NCBI GenBank assembly: GCA_024679065.1
Contig: JAGIQG010000029.1
Coordinates: 19,158,001-19,222,000 of the forward strand
Length of the DNA stretch: 64,000 bases
Origin: Sphyrna mokarran
Taxonomy: Eukaryota
Reading direction: 5' to 3'
Under the pieces are notes generated by a model. The model searched no databases. It saw nothing but the letters and a program-made list of their open reading frames with translations, and was not told where the DNA came from. Shown piece after piece: positions 12,433-24,450 of this stretch (its first letter is position 1; each line of letters begins with the position of its first letter). Made by a program: the position numbers and the translations under genes.

Positions 12433-15368
12433 AGAACATAGAACATTACAGCACAGAACAGGCCCTTCGGCCTTCGATGTTGCGCCGACCAATTAGGAAC
12501 AAGCAGTGACCCTCTAACCTAAACCATTTCCCTTTCATCCATAAACTTATCTACTAACCTCTTAAACGCCACCAAACTTGGCGCATCTACAACTGACGCA
12601 GGCAGGGCATTCCATACCCTTACCACCCTCTGGGTAAAGAACCTACCTCTGACATCCGTCCTATAACTACCACCCCTTAATTTAAAGCTATGTCCCCTCG
12701 TGCTAGCTTTCTCCATCCTATGAAAAAGGCTATCACTGTCCACCCTATCTAAACCTCTAATCATCTTATATGTTTCAATAAGGTCTCCTCTTAGCCCCCT
12801 TCTTTCTAACGAAAACAACCTCAAATCCCTCAGCCTCTCTTCATAAGACCTGCCCTCCATACCAGGCAACATCCTGGTACACCTCCTCTGTACCCTCTCC
12901 AATGCCTCCACATCTTTCTTATAATGTGGGGACCAGAACTGCACACAATACTCCAAGTGCGGCCGCACTAGATTTTTGTACAGTTGCAACATGACGTTGC
13001 GGCTCCGAAATTCAATCCCCCTACCAATAAAAGCTAAGACTCCATATGCCTTCCTAACAACCTTATCGACTTGATTGCCAGCTTTCAGGGATCTATGCAC
13101 ATATACACCAAGATCCCTCTGTTCATCAACACTATTAAGAGTCCTACCATTAGCCCTATAATCTACACATTTGTTATTCCTGCCAAAGTGAATTACCTCA
13201 CACTTTTCCACATTAATCTCCATTTGCCACCTCTCGACCCAGCTCAGCAACTTGTCCAAGTCTCTCTGCAAACTAGAACACCCCTCTTCACTATCTACCA
13301 CTCATCCGACTTTGGCGTCATGGGCAAATTTACTAATCCATCCTTCAATACCCTTATCCAGATCATTTATAAAAAGTACAAACAGCAGGGGCCCCAAAAC
13401 AGATCCCTGAGGTACACCATTAGTAACCGAACTCCACGATGAATATCTCCCATCAACCACCACCCTCTGTCTTCTATCTGCTAGCCAATTCCTAATCCAA
13501 TTAGCTAAATCACCCTCAATCCCATACATATGCATTTTCTGCAGATGCCTTCCATGGAACACCTTATCGAACGCCTTACTAAAGTCCATATATACCACAT
13601 CAACTGCCTTGCCCCCATCCACCTCTTTGGTCACTTTTTCAAAAAACTCAATAAGGTTAGTAAGGCACGACCTACCCTTCACAAAACCATGCTGACTGTC
13701 CCCAATCAATTCATTTCTCTCTAAATAACTATAAATCCTATCCCTAATAATTCTTTCGAATACTTTGCCCACAACAGAAGTAAGACTCACTGGCCTATAA
13801 TTCCCTGGAAGGTCTCTCTTCCCCTTCTTGAACACTGGGACCACATTCGCTATCCTCCAGTCCTCCGGAACCACACCCGTAACCAACGACGACCTGAAGA
13901 TCAGAGCCAGAGGCTCTGCAATCTTCTCTCTTGCCTCCCAGAGAATCCTAGGGTAAATCCCGTCCGGCCCAGGGGACTTATCCAACTTCAAACCCTCGAG
14001 AATATCTAGCACATCCTCCCTATCTACTTCAATACTTTCCCGTTTGCAACCCTGTACCTCAGTGTTCTCCATAACTACATTTACATCTCCCTGTGTGAAT
14101 ACCGAAGAGAAATATTTATTCAGTACCTCTCCAATCTCTTCAGGCTCCACACACAACTTCCCACTGCTGTCCATAACTGGCCCTAACCTTGCCCTAACCA
14201 ATCTTCTATTCTTAACATATCTAAAGAAAGCTTTAGGATTCTCCTTGATCCTATCAGCCAAAGTCTTCTCGTGTCCCCTTTTAGCTCTCCTCAACTCACT
14301 CTTTAGCTCACTCCTGTCTAATCTATAGCTATCCATTGCACTAACTGAGCCTTCAAGCCTCATCCTGACATAAGCCTCTTTTTTCCTTTTAACCAGCGAA
14401 TTAACTTTTTTAGTACACCATGGTTCCCTTACTCAACCATTTCCTCCTTGCCTGACAGGGACATACGTATCAAGGACTCGCAGTAGCTGCTCCTTGAATA
14501 AGCTCCACATTTCAGATGTGCCCAGTCCCTGTAGTTTCCTAGTCCAACCTATGGACCCTAATTCCCTCTTTATGGCCTCATAATTACCATTCCCCCAGCT
14601 ATAACTACTGCCCCCAGCTTCATGCCTATCCCTATCCATCACTAAGGTGATCGTAACCGAATTGTGGTCACTATCACCAAAATGTTCACTAACTTCCAAG
14701 CCTAACACCTGGTCTGGCTCATTGCCCAGCACCAAATCCAATGTAGCCTCACTTCTAGTTGGCCTATCTACATACTGAGTCAAAAAACCTTCCTGCACAC
14801 TTTGTACAAAAACTGACCCCTCTAACGAGCTAGAGCTATAGCTATTCCAATCAATATTAGTAAAGTTGAAGTCCCCCATAACAATTACCCTATTACTTTC
14901 ACTCCTGTCCAGGATCGACTTTGCAATCCTTTCCTCTACCTCTCTAGAACTTTTAGGAGGTCTATAAAAGACTCCCAACAGGGTGACCTCTCTTCTCCTG
15001 TTTCTAACCTCAGCCCATACTACCTCAACAGACAAGTCCTCATCAAACTTCCTTTCTATCACTGTGATACAGTCCTTAACTAATAATGCCACTCCTCCCC
15101 CCCTTCTACCTCCTTCTCTACTCCGACTGAAGCATTTGAACCCAGGAACCTGCAACAACCATTCCTGTCCCTGCTCTATCCATGTCTCTGAAATGGCCAC
15201 AACATCGAAGTTCCAGGTACTGGTCCAAGCTCCAAGTTCCTCCACTTATTACGAATACTTCTTGCATTAAAGTATACGCATTTCAAACCATGCCCTACTC
15301 CACCCGTACGCTGCTGTGTTTTACAGTTCTCATCTATGACCCCCCTTTTCTTGTCCCTCTTAACATCC
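12433..15368 (-). mobile_element. young CR1 (HER1-like) LINE with near-complete ORF2 (APE endonuclease + RT)
   Basis: CVYFNARSIRNK, ISETW, GDFN, SDH (APE); [30 protein letters not shown] (RT). (TTCTATG)n-type tail at 12433; 13-bp TSD aatccactcagtt (12420-12432) / aatctactcagtt (15369-15381). Confidence 0.97.
12519..15290 (-). pseudogene. CR1 ORF2 (APE-RT) with about 3 disablements
   Basis: ORFs 14433-15245, 13302-14363 and 12519-13301 share one frame, separated by single TGA codons at 14433-14435 and 13302-13304; one frameshift near 15246; catalytic FADD reads FAHD. Confidence 0.92.
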
Positions 15369-15381
15369 AATCTACTCAGTT

Positions 15382-16130
15382 TGTAACATTTGTATCAAAT
15401 GTTATGAAGTTTAAAAGAAATGAAACTGGATGTACCACATGGCATTGACCTAGGCACTGGAAGTGACACTGGCAAACTTGTGCCAAAATTGGGTCTACAG
15501 ATTAATCCAGCAAAAGCCTGACATAGTTAATCTCAGTGAATCAAATCTTATAGATTATGACCCTGACACCACCAATACCATCCCTAGGAATATTTAGTCC
15601 CAGCAACAAGGCTGACCCACCAGATGTGACGCCACACTGGTACACAGTTCAGAGGAAGTTACCCTGGAAGTCCTCAACATCAACTTTGGACCCCATTAAG
15701 TCTGATAACATCAGTCAAACATGGGCAAGTGAACCTCCTGCCAATTATCATTCATCATTCCCTCTCAGCCGCTATATCAGTATCCCTCCTTCTTGTACTC
15801 TGATTAGGGCTTTCAATGCCCATCACCAAGAACAGCTCAGTAGCATCCACTATTGATTGAGTTGACTGAGTCCAAAAGGACATAGATGCAGCAGGTGGTG
15901 AGGGAACCAACAAAAGGGAAAAACCTACTTGACCTCATCTTCACCAATCTACCTGTCACAAAGCACCTGTGCATGACAGCATTGGTGAAAGGAATCACTG
16001 CAGCCTTGTGGAGGCAAAGTCCATTGTAATCAGGACACCCTCCTCCATGTTGTGTGGCAGTACCACCATGCTAAATGAAGTGAACTTTGAAAAGATCTAG
16101 CAATTCAAGATTGGGCATCCACAAAGCACT
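15382..16130 (+). mobile_element. family-B CR1-clade LINE, 5' UTR and decayed APE endonuclease
   Basis: RLIQQKPDIVNLSESNL...TIP, AFNAHHQE (GDFN.HH.EW), EPTKGKNLLDLIFTN and DSIG..NH (SDH). Confidence 0.8.
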
Positions 16131-16131
16131 T

Positions 16132-16374
16132 TGAGAAAATCCCCTAGTCGCCACACTCTGATGCCTGTTCTGCTACACTGAGGGAGAATTTAGCATGGCC
16201 GATGCACCTAACCACACGTCTTTCGAATTGTGGGAGGAAACCAGAGCACCTGAAGAAAATCCACGCAAACCCAGGGAGAACATGCAGACTCTGCAAAGAC
16301 AATGACACAAGCTGGGAATTGAACCCGGGTCCAGGAGCTGTTAGGCAGCAGTACTAATGACTGTGCCATCATGC
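16132..16374 (-). mobile_element. V-SINE, alternative tail (partial)
   Basis: Same head and core; tail begins ggcgactaggggattttc on the minus strand. Confidence 0.85.
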
Positions 16375-16379
16375 TTTTG

Positions 16380-16860
16380 TCACAGCTACAAACCTCAGCC
16401 AGACTTGACTATTCCAGTTTTTCCTGGCCAGTCTCTCATCCCTATGCTCACTGGCATACTTTGACTTCTTGCCCATTACACTGCACCCCTGTACTTCTCC
16501 CCCCAACCCTCCCACCCCTGCCATGACTGAAATTTACACTGTTGTGTTTAACGCTTTTTATAACCTTTTTCTCTCTCTACCTCTCTGCAACTCTTCCAGA
16601 ATTGTCTGTTCTCACCAGTTTGACTTCATGTGCTTCTCACTCTTCCTTTACCCTACCATCATTTCTTAAAGCCCAATCTCTAATTCCAAAACCCCACTGC
16701 CGCTCCATACCCCTCTTCTCTTTAAGACCAATCTTAAAAGCCTCGTCTTCAAACAAACTTTTCAACAATATTTTCCTTTGGTTCAGCATTTATCTTTTCT
16801 TGCAACCCTATGCTGAACCACGGGATATTTTAATAAAAATGTTATTGAGGTGCAGGCATT
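16380..16860 (+). mobile_element. old L2 LINE 3' end
   Basis: gacttgactattcc (LDYS) and tctttaagaccaatcttaaaagcc (FK..LKT.LF) motifs in a pyrimidine-rich tract. Confidence 0.5.
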
Positions 16861-17295
16861 TGTATTGCAGGTTATTACAATTGTGTCCTTTCCACAACTG
16901 AGGTAGAGGCATGCAAGTCTCTGCATAATTCCAAGGTTATAACCACTGGTGAAGGTTGTCCTTCTGAAGAACAGTTCGTTTCATGAAAAAGATGTGCACA
17001 GCAAGTCAACAAAATTATCTTGATCAACTGATTTGCCTACTTAACCCCTTAAATGGTTCAGAGCTGCTCTTTAATTTGATCTGACTTCCAATAATTGATT
17101 GTTATTCCCTGCTTTGTCTGTGATTAAACATATCTAGTAGGTTAGGTTGTTCAAAAGTACCCAGAGTGCAGCTCATATAGGCTTCTTGTGAAGTGCAAGA
17201 GGGAAATTCTGCATAACTCTCATACTGGCCAGATGCACTTACTCTTGTTTATGCAATCCTGACTCCTGCTATGTCCAACATCAATCACTTTAGTG

Positions 17296-17369
17296 CATGC
17301 TGTGGCTCAGTTGGTTAAAGCACTTGTCTAGTAAACAAAAGATCCTGAGTTCAAATTTCAGTGATGCTT
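17296..17369 (+). pseudogene. tRNA-Thr(AGT) pseudogene
   Basis: gtggctcagttggttaaagcacttgtct-AGT-aaacaaaagatcctgagttcaaatttcagtgatgctt aligns end to end with vertebrate tRNA-Thr(AGT), anticodon 17330-17332. Stem and B-box positions carry substitutions. Confidence 0.8.
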
Positions 17370-17464
17370 CAGTCTAACTGGCCAATGCATGGGATTTACA
17401 TTGGAAACATCAAAAAAAGGCATTGACAAGGCTGTAATCCTTACAGTAACAGTGATCAATGTGG

Positions 17465-17560
17465 GTGGCACAAAGGTTAGCACTGTTGCTTCACGGTGCC
17501 AGCCAGGGACTCAAATTCAATTCTGGCCTCAGGTAACAGTGTGAGGTTTGCACCCTCTCT
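17465..17560 (+). mobile_element. V-SINE 5' fragment
   Basis: ggtggcacaaaggttagcactgttgcttcacggtgccag...ttcaattctggcctc...gtttgcac. Confidence 0.65.
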
Positions 17561-17725
17561 TCACTCCAGTGTAGTTTAGCTGCTAGTTGTTCCCCAAATG
17601 TGTGGAGCTAGTGTATGCCCCACTGGAATGAAACACTCTGGCAGGATAGGAGTGGCATAGCCAGCGTGGCGAATTCAGTCCTGGGTCCACTAATAGCATT
17701 TAAATGATATGTAAAATGTCATTTA

Positions 17726-18988
17726 TTAGAACATAGAACATAGAACATTACAGCACAGAACAGGCCCTTCGGCCTTCGATGTTGCGCCGACCAATATAAA
17801 AAGCAATGACCCTCCAAACCAAACCATTCCCTTCTCTTCCATATACTTATCAACTAACCTCTTAAACGCCACCAAACTTGGCGCATCTACAACTGCTGCA
17901 GGCAGGGCATTCCACTCCCGAAACACCCTTTGGGTAAAGAACCTACCTCTGATATCCGTCCTATAACTATCACCCCTTAATTTAAAGCTGTGTCCCCTCG
18001 TGCTAGCTTTCTCCATCATAGGAAAAAGGCTATCACTGTCCACCCTATCTAAACCTCTAATCATCTTATACGTTTCGATAAGGTCTCCTCTTAGCCGCCT
18101 CCTTTCTAACGAAAACAACCTCAAATCCCTCAGCCTCTCTTCATAAGACCTGCCCTCCATACCAGGCAACATCCTGGTAAACCTCCTCTGTACCCTCTCC
18201 AATGCCTCCACATCGTTCTTCTAATGTGGGGACCAGAACTGCACACAATACTCCAAGTGCGGCCGCACTAGAGTTTTGTACAGTTGCAACATGACGTTGC
18301 GGCTCCGAAATTCAATCCCCCTAACAATAAAAGCTAAGACTCCGTATGCCTTCTTAACAACCTTATCGACTTGACTGCCTACTTTCAGGGATCTATGCAC
18401 AAATACACAAGATCCCTCTGTTCATCAACACTATTAAGAATCCTACCATTAGCCCTATACTCTATACATTTATTATTCCTGCCATAGTGCATTACCTCAC
18501 ACTTTTCCACATTAAACTCCATTTGCCACCTCTCGGCCCAGCTCTGCAACTTGTCAAGTCTCTCTGCAAACTATAACACCCCTCTTCACTATCTACCACT
18601 CCACCGACTTTAGTGTCATCTGCAAATTTACAAATCCATCCTTCAATACCCTCATCCAGATCATTTATAAAAATTACAAACAGCAGGGGCCCCAAAACAG
18701 ACCCCTGAGGTACACCACTTGTCACCGAACTCCACGATGAATATCTCCCATCAAACACCACCCTCTGTGTTCTATCTGCTAGCCAATTCCTAACCCAATT
18801 AGCTAAATCACCCTCTATCCCATATATCTGCATTTTCTGCAGAAGTCTTCCATGGGCCACCTTATCAAACGCCTTACTAAAGTCCATATATACCACATCA
18901 ACCGCCTTACCTCCATCCACCTCTTTGGTCACTTTTTCAAAAAACTCAATGAGGTTAGTAAGGCACGACCTACCCTTCACAAAACCAA
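17726..18988 (-). mobile_element. young CR1 LINE, 5'-truncated in RT
   Basis: ORFs 18492-18980 (GRSCLTNL...[10 protein letters not shown]...FADDTK) and 17726-18211; (TTCTATG)n tail; closely matches the 12433 copy. Inserted in a Harbinger-like element (about 17565-19200). Confidence 0.96.
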
Positions 18989-20269
18989 ATATATATATTA
19001 AATATATAAAATAATGTAAACTATCATATAAATGCTAGTCCCCACCGATTTCCAGCGTGGAGCAGACCACATTGGAAATCCAGTGCTGGGAAACACTAGC
19101 AGGGTGCAAATGCTCGCAGGAATCCCGTGACTCGCCCTCTGTGTGATTTTCCCAGACCACTGTGCTAGAAAATTAGTGCAGCAGAAGGACAGAATTGCCT
19201 CCGTGCAGTGTGAGAGAAAAGGTTGGTGAGCTTCAGGTACAACATAGCCAAGTGAGAACATGATGTGATGAAGAGGAAGAGCTGGATTGATAAAGGGCGG
19301 GACTGGGTATTATATATTCCTGGACACAAGGGTCGAGAATTTTGAAGTGTCATGAAGATTCCACAGATGTTTAAAAGAGGCAGACAGAGCCAAGATGCAG
19401 AAGTCCCATTCCCATTTTTGCTGGTAGTGAAAAGGGAGCGGGGTGTGTTTCTCATGGCAGGAAAATCAAACACTGTGCTTGGCCATTTAAACTCAGTGAG
19501 TCAACAGACCTCACTTTGGCACGTCTAGGAGCCTTAAACCGCAGTATGGAAATCACAAGTTGGAGTAGAAGTAAACGCTCTTGAAGGGCACTTACAGACT
19601 GTACATCTGTCATATCGGAAGTTTTATGCATCACCTCTTTTTTAAACTTTAAAAAATTGGCTGCAGGTGTCAGTGAGAGTTAGAATAGTCACAGCTGGAT
19701 CACCTAGATCATTGTGTAAGAAAGAAAAACAATTGCATCTGGTCATGTTGTTTCAATCTAGCTGTTTGTTGACATTTATTTAATGGCTTTTATTATGCCA
19801 CTGTGAATGTTTGGCTAAGTTTCAAAACCTACAACAATCTTAGCTTAGCCTTTTAGTTCATAACCTGATAGACACCTTAAAAGGCTATGAAAGGAATAGT
19901 TGTTTTTGGTATCGGGCTGAATATAAATTTGTTTGATTATTTTTGTAAGAGATTAATCTTGGGGAAGGGACTTAAAAGGGGATTGTGGAGATTTGTTACA
20001 TTGTTTCTGCTATTTAAGATTTGCCTTACTAAAATTTCTCTCAAAGCAGCCTCATTATTTAATAATGAAACTCGTTATGTAATATTTGACCGTGTGAAAA
20101 AATTTGCTGTATGTTTATACTTAGTCTCTTTTTGTGGGTTTCTCCTGCAGCAAAAACAGTGTTGCGGTAATGTTAGTTTGTACTTGTCAGTATTTCAGAA
20201 TGAAGGGCAATTGGGAAGCATGATCTTCAAAGAAATGGGAGAACAATCAAAACAGCAAACACAACTAGA

Positions 20270-21120
20270 AGTAGCAGTTCTTTTTTCCTCTTCATCATCC
20301 AATGAGCTCTCAACTTCCTCTACTGGTAGGGCCTCACCTTTCTGCATAGACAGGTTGTGCAGAGCATAGCAAACTGTGACTATGCAGCAAACCCTCTCCA
20401 GTGCATATTGAAGAAAGCCACCTGAATGGTCTGAGCATCTAAAGTGCACCTTAAGAAGCCCTGTGTTTTCTCCTTAAAAAAATGTGTGAAGCTATGAGCA
20501 GCATACCTCTCCTCAACATGGGTTTGAGGACACATCAGAGTCACCAAACACTGTTTTAACTCTTACTCTCCAACTACCATTCCTCCAGATGTTCCAGCCC
20601 CTTGAATAACATAGTACCTGCAAATGACAGAGGATGTAGGTGTCATGGTTTACACACTCGTGTACGATGTGCTTGTGATGGTCACACACCAGTTGCACGT
20701 TGATGGAATGGTTACCATAGTGATTAATAAACAAGGAGGTTCTGTCAAGCAATTCCTAAAGCAATGAGAGTGCAGTCCGTTAACCTTGTATAGTGTAAAG
20801 CTGGTGAATCTTTGAGCTTGGATTTCTTTGTCCAGTGTAAACCTCACATAATAATGGGCCTTCCTGCCAAGGGCATCGACCTTTGTACAGCAATGTGTTG
20901 CAAACTGAGAGATGGTGCACAGGTCCACTTTTGATGCATAAAAAGACCCGCATGCAAAGAAATTGAGTGCTGCCATCACCTCAAAAGCCACTAGGGAAGT
21001 CTCCAAACCCATGTGACATCCGGTCTTCACAAAGAATATGGCATATGTGATGTATGAGTTCTCTGGACAATTGCAACCATGCCTGGCAATACATTTCATT
21101 CATTTGTAATTAGGAAACCT
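20270..21120 (-). pseudogene. decayed PIF/Harbinger (HARBI1-like DDE) transposase
   Basis: VMAALNFFACGSF...DLCTISQ, FINHYGNHSINVQLVCDH and HFRCSDHSGGFLQYALERVCCIVTVCYALHN, followed by an acidic tail; these are hallmark Harbinger transposase blocks split over three frames. Confidence 0.88.
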
Positions 21121-22129
21121 TTTGAGCATGAGCCTGTGATGTAGCAAATCATCTCAGCTGTCTGGGTCTCTATTCCTTATCTTCTTGTTCATATCAGGCT
21201 CCTTCAGCCATGTCCCCTGGATTGTGCCTTCTTTTGAAATGCTCACATCAGCTCTACTCCCTCCTCTCCACCTCTACTGTGCTTGATGCAGCCTTACCCT
21301 GAGATGCTAAATCTTACACAAAGGTGAGCTACATTCCATTCCAGAGATAAGACATCTGGATCCCCTAGAGGGAATGGTAAGATCTGAATAAAATGATTGT
21401 TCTGTACTCCATTCTTTGAAGTTACTTTCAGTTGCTTTGGTCAATGAGTGGAGTCTGTTTAGCCACTGATAAATGGCATTCATTACAAACCCATGACTGC
21501 CCTTCACTGATGAGATGGCAGATAGAATGCAGTTGTGGCCCTTTCACTCTTGCTTTCACTGTCCATGGCTGTATTTCTACCTTATGCTCTGTCAGCATTG
21601 AAACTTTGATGTGAGAGTTCTGTCCATTATTTCAACAGCACTGAATGAATGAAATAATTGGTTTTCTGTCGCTCCCTAGGCAATGAGATCTTTCCCCCTT
21701 GTAACGGACCTGGGTCCTGTCCACTGTTACAGTATCAACAGGTAAGTGTAGATCTCAAGAAGGAATCCCTTTGCCCTGTGTAGCAACCCTCCCACACTGC
21801 CTCACAATCCTCCCAGACAGAACTGACCCTATTTCATCTTTGCACAATGCCATTGTTCTAGGACCTCAAGTTGGTGCTACTAACACCTGTACTTCAGGGT
21901 CCAGTTTGGCTTTCCCTCCCTAACTGTCTGCAAACCTCCAGTTTACCCAATGTGGTTTGCCCCCCAATGTGAAGATAGAGCTACTACTGTTATTCTCCAG
22001 CCTTCCCTACTTATATAGGATCCTATCATTGTAGTGGTGTTGTACATTCCAATATCTGCCTTCCAAGCCCATCAACTGCGAAGCATCCATGCCCCATGTG
22101 GACCACTACGCTCCCCATCTGTGACTGTG

Positions 22130-22560
22130 TGCACATTTACATACAGAGGTGAATGCCACCATGACAGCTCTATATATCTTCCTTATCTTCAGGCTGCAGA
22201 TGCTTCCAGTTAGCATCACCATTCCCTCTACAGTCCAGTACAAAACCTGCAAAGCCCAGTGATATCGACTGTAAGACAACCCTGCACATTAAGCTATGCA
22301 TTTTCTATGGAGCACCAACACCTGCCCCTCCCTGCAGGTGGGGTACACAATGCTTCCAATGATTACTCCTGCTGGAAGCCTGTTGCACGAAGTTCTGACT
22401 GTCCAGGTCCACATAACCCCTGGACTACCTGTCACCTGTGACTCCTTTCCAACTTGCAGGAAGAATCTCTGCAACACTAATGAACAACCACAAGCCTCCC
22501 AACTCCCACCACATATCATTCTAGAGACTCTATGTATTGCCTTCCAATAAGTGATGACCT
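22130..22560 (-). pseudogene. possible decayed Myb gene partnering the 20.3-21.1 kb transposase
   Basis: SQVTGSPGVMWTWTVRTSCNRL loosely resembles VSS.....RTW.QCRKRFNDL; tctgcag acceptor near 22195 on the minus strand. Confidence 0.3.
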
Positions 22561-23769
22561 CTTGTTTGTCGGTGTTTCAAGTAATCTTCTTGGGGTCCAA
22601 CCTCACACCATTTGATCTTCTCCCTGCCATCCACTGTTCATCATTCTCCTCCACCTCTCTGCCCTTTTGCCCTTGCATAACCCCCTTTCCCCTTGCCCCT
22701 TTGTTTTCATCAATCCCACTGCCACCTCGCACCCACCGCTCCAGTTGAACTTCAGTTGGTTGAAGTGGAAGATGCATGAGTCACATAGCACAGTGCTTTC
22801 CCTGGAGCTGGAAGGCAGGAAATTTTTTAAAAAATTATTATTCCAATTCAATCAAATCAAGTCCAATTCAGGGATTCAACAAGTTGAGACATTCCTGATC
22901 CAAGCTGACAAGACAGGGCTCTCACCTCCTGTCTTGGGTTTAAACTATGTGATCCAAGCTGATTGGGCTAGGCATTGCACTTCCTCCAAGGTTTGATCTG
23001 ATTTGCATCTTAGCCAAAAGGCCGAGATGCCACTTTTAAAAATTGCTTTAAATGAAGCTAAAATGCAACTAATGATTTCAACCAAGCACAGCATGTTGAT
23101 ACCACTCTTGATCTTAGCCAAAAGGCTAAGAAGCGATGGAAACCAAGAAATAGTCTGCCTCAGTAGAGAGATGCTCAGTGCAAAAGAAGCAGCGTGGTGC
23201 TATGCCAGGTACGCCTTTTATGTTGTACTTACCTCAAAGTCTCAAAAGAACTGAGGTTCTATTTGTGCACATCAGTCCTTTTCAAACGGATTTGAGGACA
23301 AGATAATTTCCCACTGGTGTAACACAAGATCAGAAGGTGTGGGGAGATTCTGGCAAGCAGTTGATTTAATGAACTTTCTTGACATGCAAATAGCAGTCAT
23401 GCCAACAGTCAGTGGAAAAATTAAGCCGCCATTGGTAATTGCAATGTGTTATTATGCCAGGAGGATATAACTTTTCACTTCCCACTAGATTCTCTGCTCC
23501 CACCCACCACCAAACCTGCTGCAGACAGGATGAGAGAATTCCAAATTATTAAATCCAAAGAAAGAAAGCGAAATATGTTCAATTATTGTGAAAACTGGTG
23601 CAGGAAAGAAGAAAAATGGCAGGTAGCAAAAACTGGAAAAAAAGCAACAAATATGGAAACACAGAAGCTGATCATCCAACTCAGCAGCCTAATCCTGCTT
23701 TCTCCTCATAATCTTTGATCCCATTCACTCCAAGTTCTACATCTAGCCTCCTCTCAAATACATTCAGTA

Positions 23770-24450
23770 ATGTAAGATAATAAGAATTGTTGAAAAAACT
23801 AATGTGTCTATCCAGTCTATTGCCTTTACAGACTATCAAAAGTATTCCAGCAAAATTTAAGAATCTAAATCCTATTTTCCAGCAACTTTAAAAGTCTGAA
23901 TCACTGCAGATTATGAGTAACTCACTGCACATTAAAGTGTCATGAGAACATAACAAAATCCATTAAGCGTGCTCCATTCCATATCCATGCATGATTATTC
24001 CAATGTGGAGTTCCATCTGACATCCTTTATATCCTTCTTGAGGCACTGTTAAATCTCTTTAAAGGCTAATATCTTCGCTTTTATTCTGACCCCAGAATCC
24101 TTTTCAGGGATTTTATTTCACATGCCCACATTCTTGAGGGGAAAAAAATTAACCTTTAACTCACTTCAGACTTTATGAAAGCTTACTGTATGCTCTCATC
24201 CAACATATTCCTTCCATTTTGTGAAAGACATGCATCATATCTCTGACTGTTCCACTTAGCCCAGGAAAAATATATTGAATGATTTGAGCTATGCTTTGTA
24301 ACAGAATCCAGCAAAGTGAGGGATAACCTTGCTTATTTGCCTCTGAACTTTTTTTAATGCATCTATATCCTTTCTTGAGGTAGATGGCTAAAACTGCATA
24401 CCATATTCCAGAACAGCAACTCTATTATTCTTCTGTAAAGTAGTTACAGC
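23770..24450 (-). mobile_element. very old CR1 3' fragment
   Basis: tatcctttcttgaggtagatggctaaaactgcataccatattccag is the reverse complement of an LEY.VQFW.P.LKKD-type motif. Confidence 0.5.

Noticed and set aside
13071-15448. Plus-strand ORFs over the CR1 (13071, 13530, 14044, 14983, 15182)
   Set aside because: Antisense shadows of CR1 ORF2; the same applies to 6109-7879 and 42512-42851.
19887-20369. 160-aa plus-strand ORF
   Set aside because: Low-complexity, partly antisense to the Harbinger transposase tail, no recognisable homology.
20195-21099. Functional HARBI1 gene
   Set aside because: Multiple frameshifts, deletions and degraded motifs; a transposon fossil rather than the domesticated gene.
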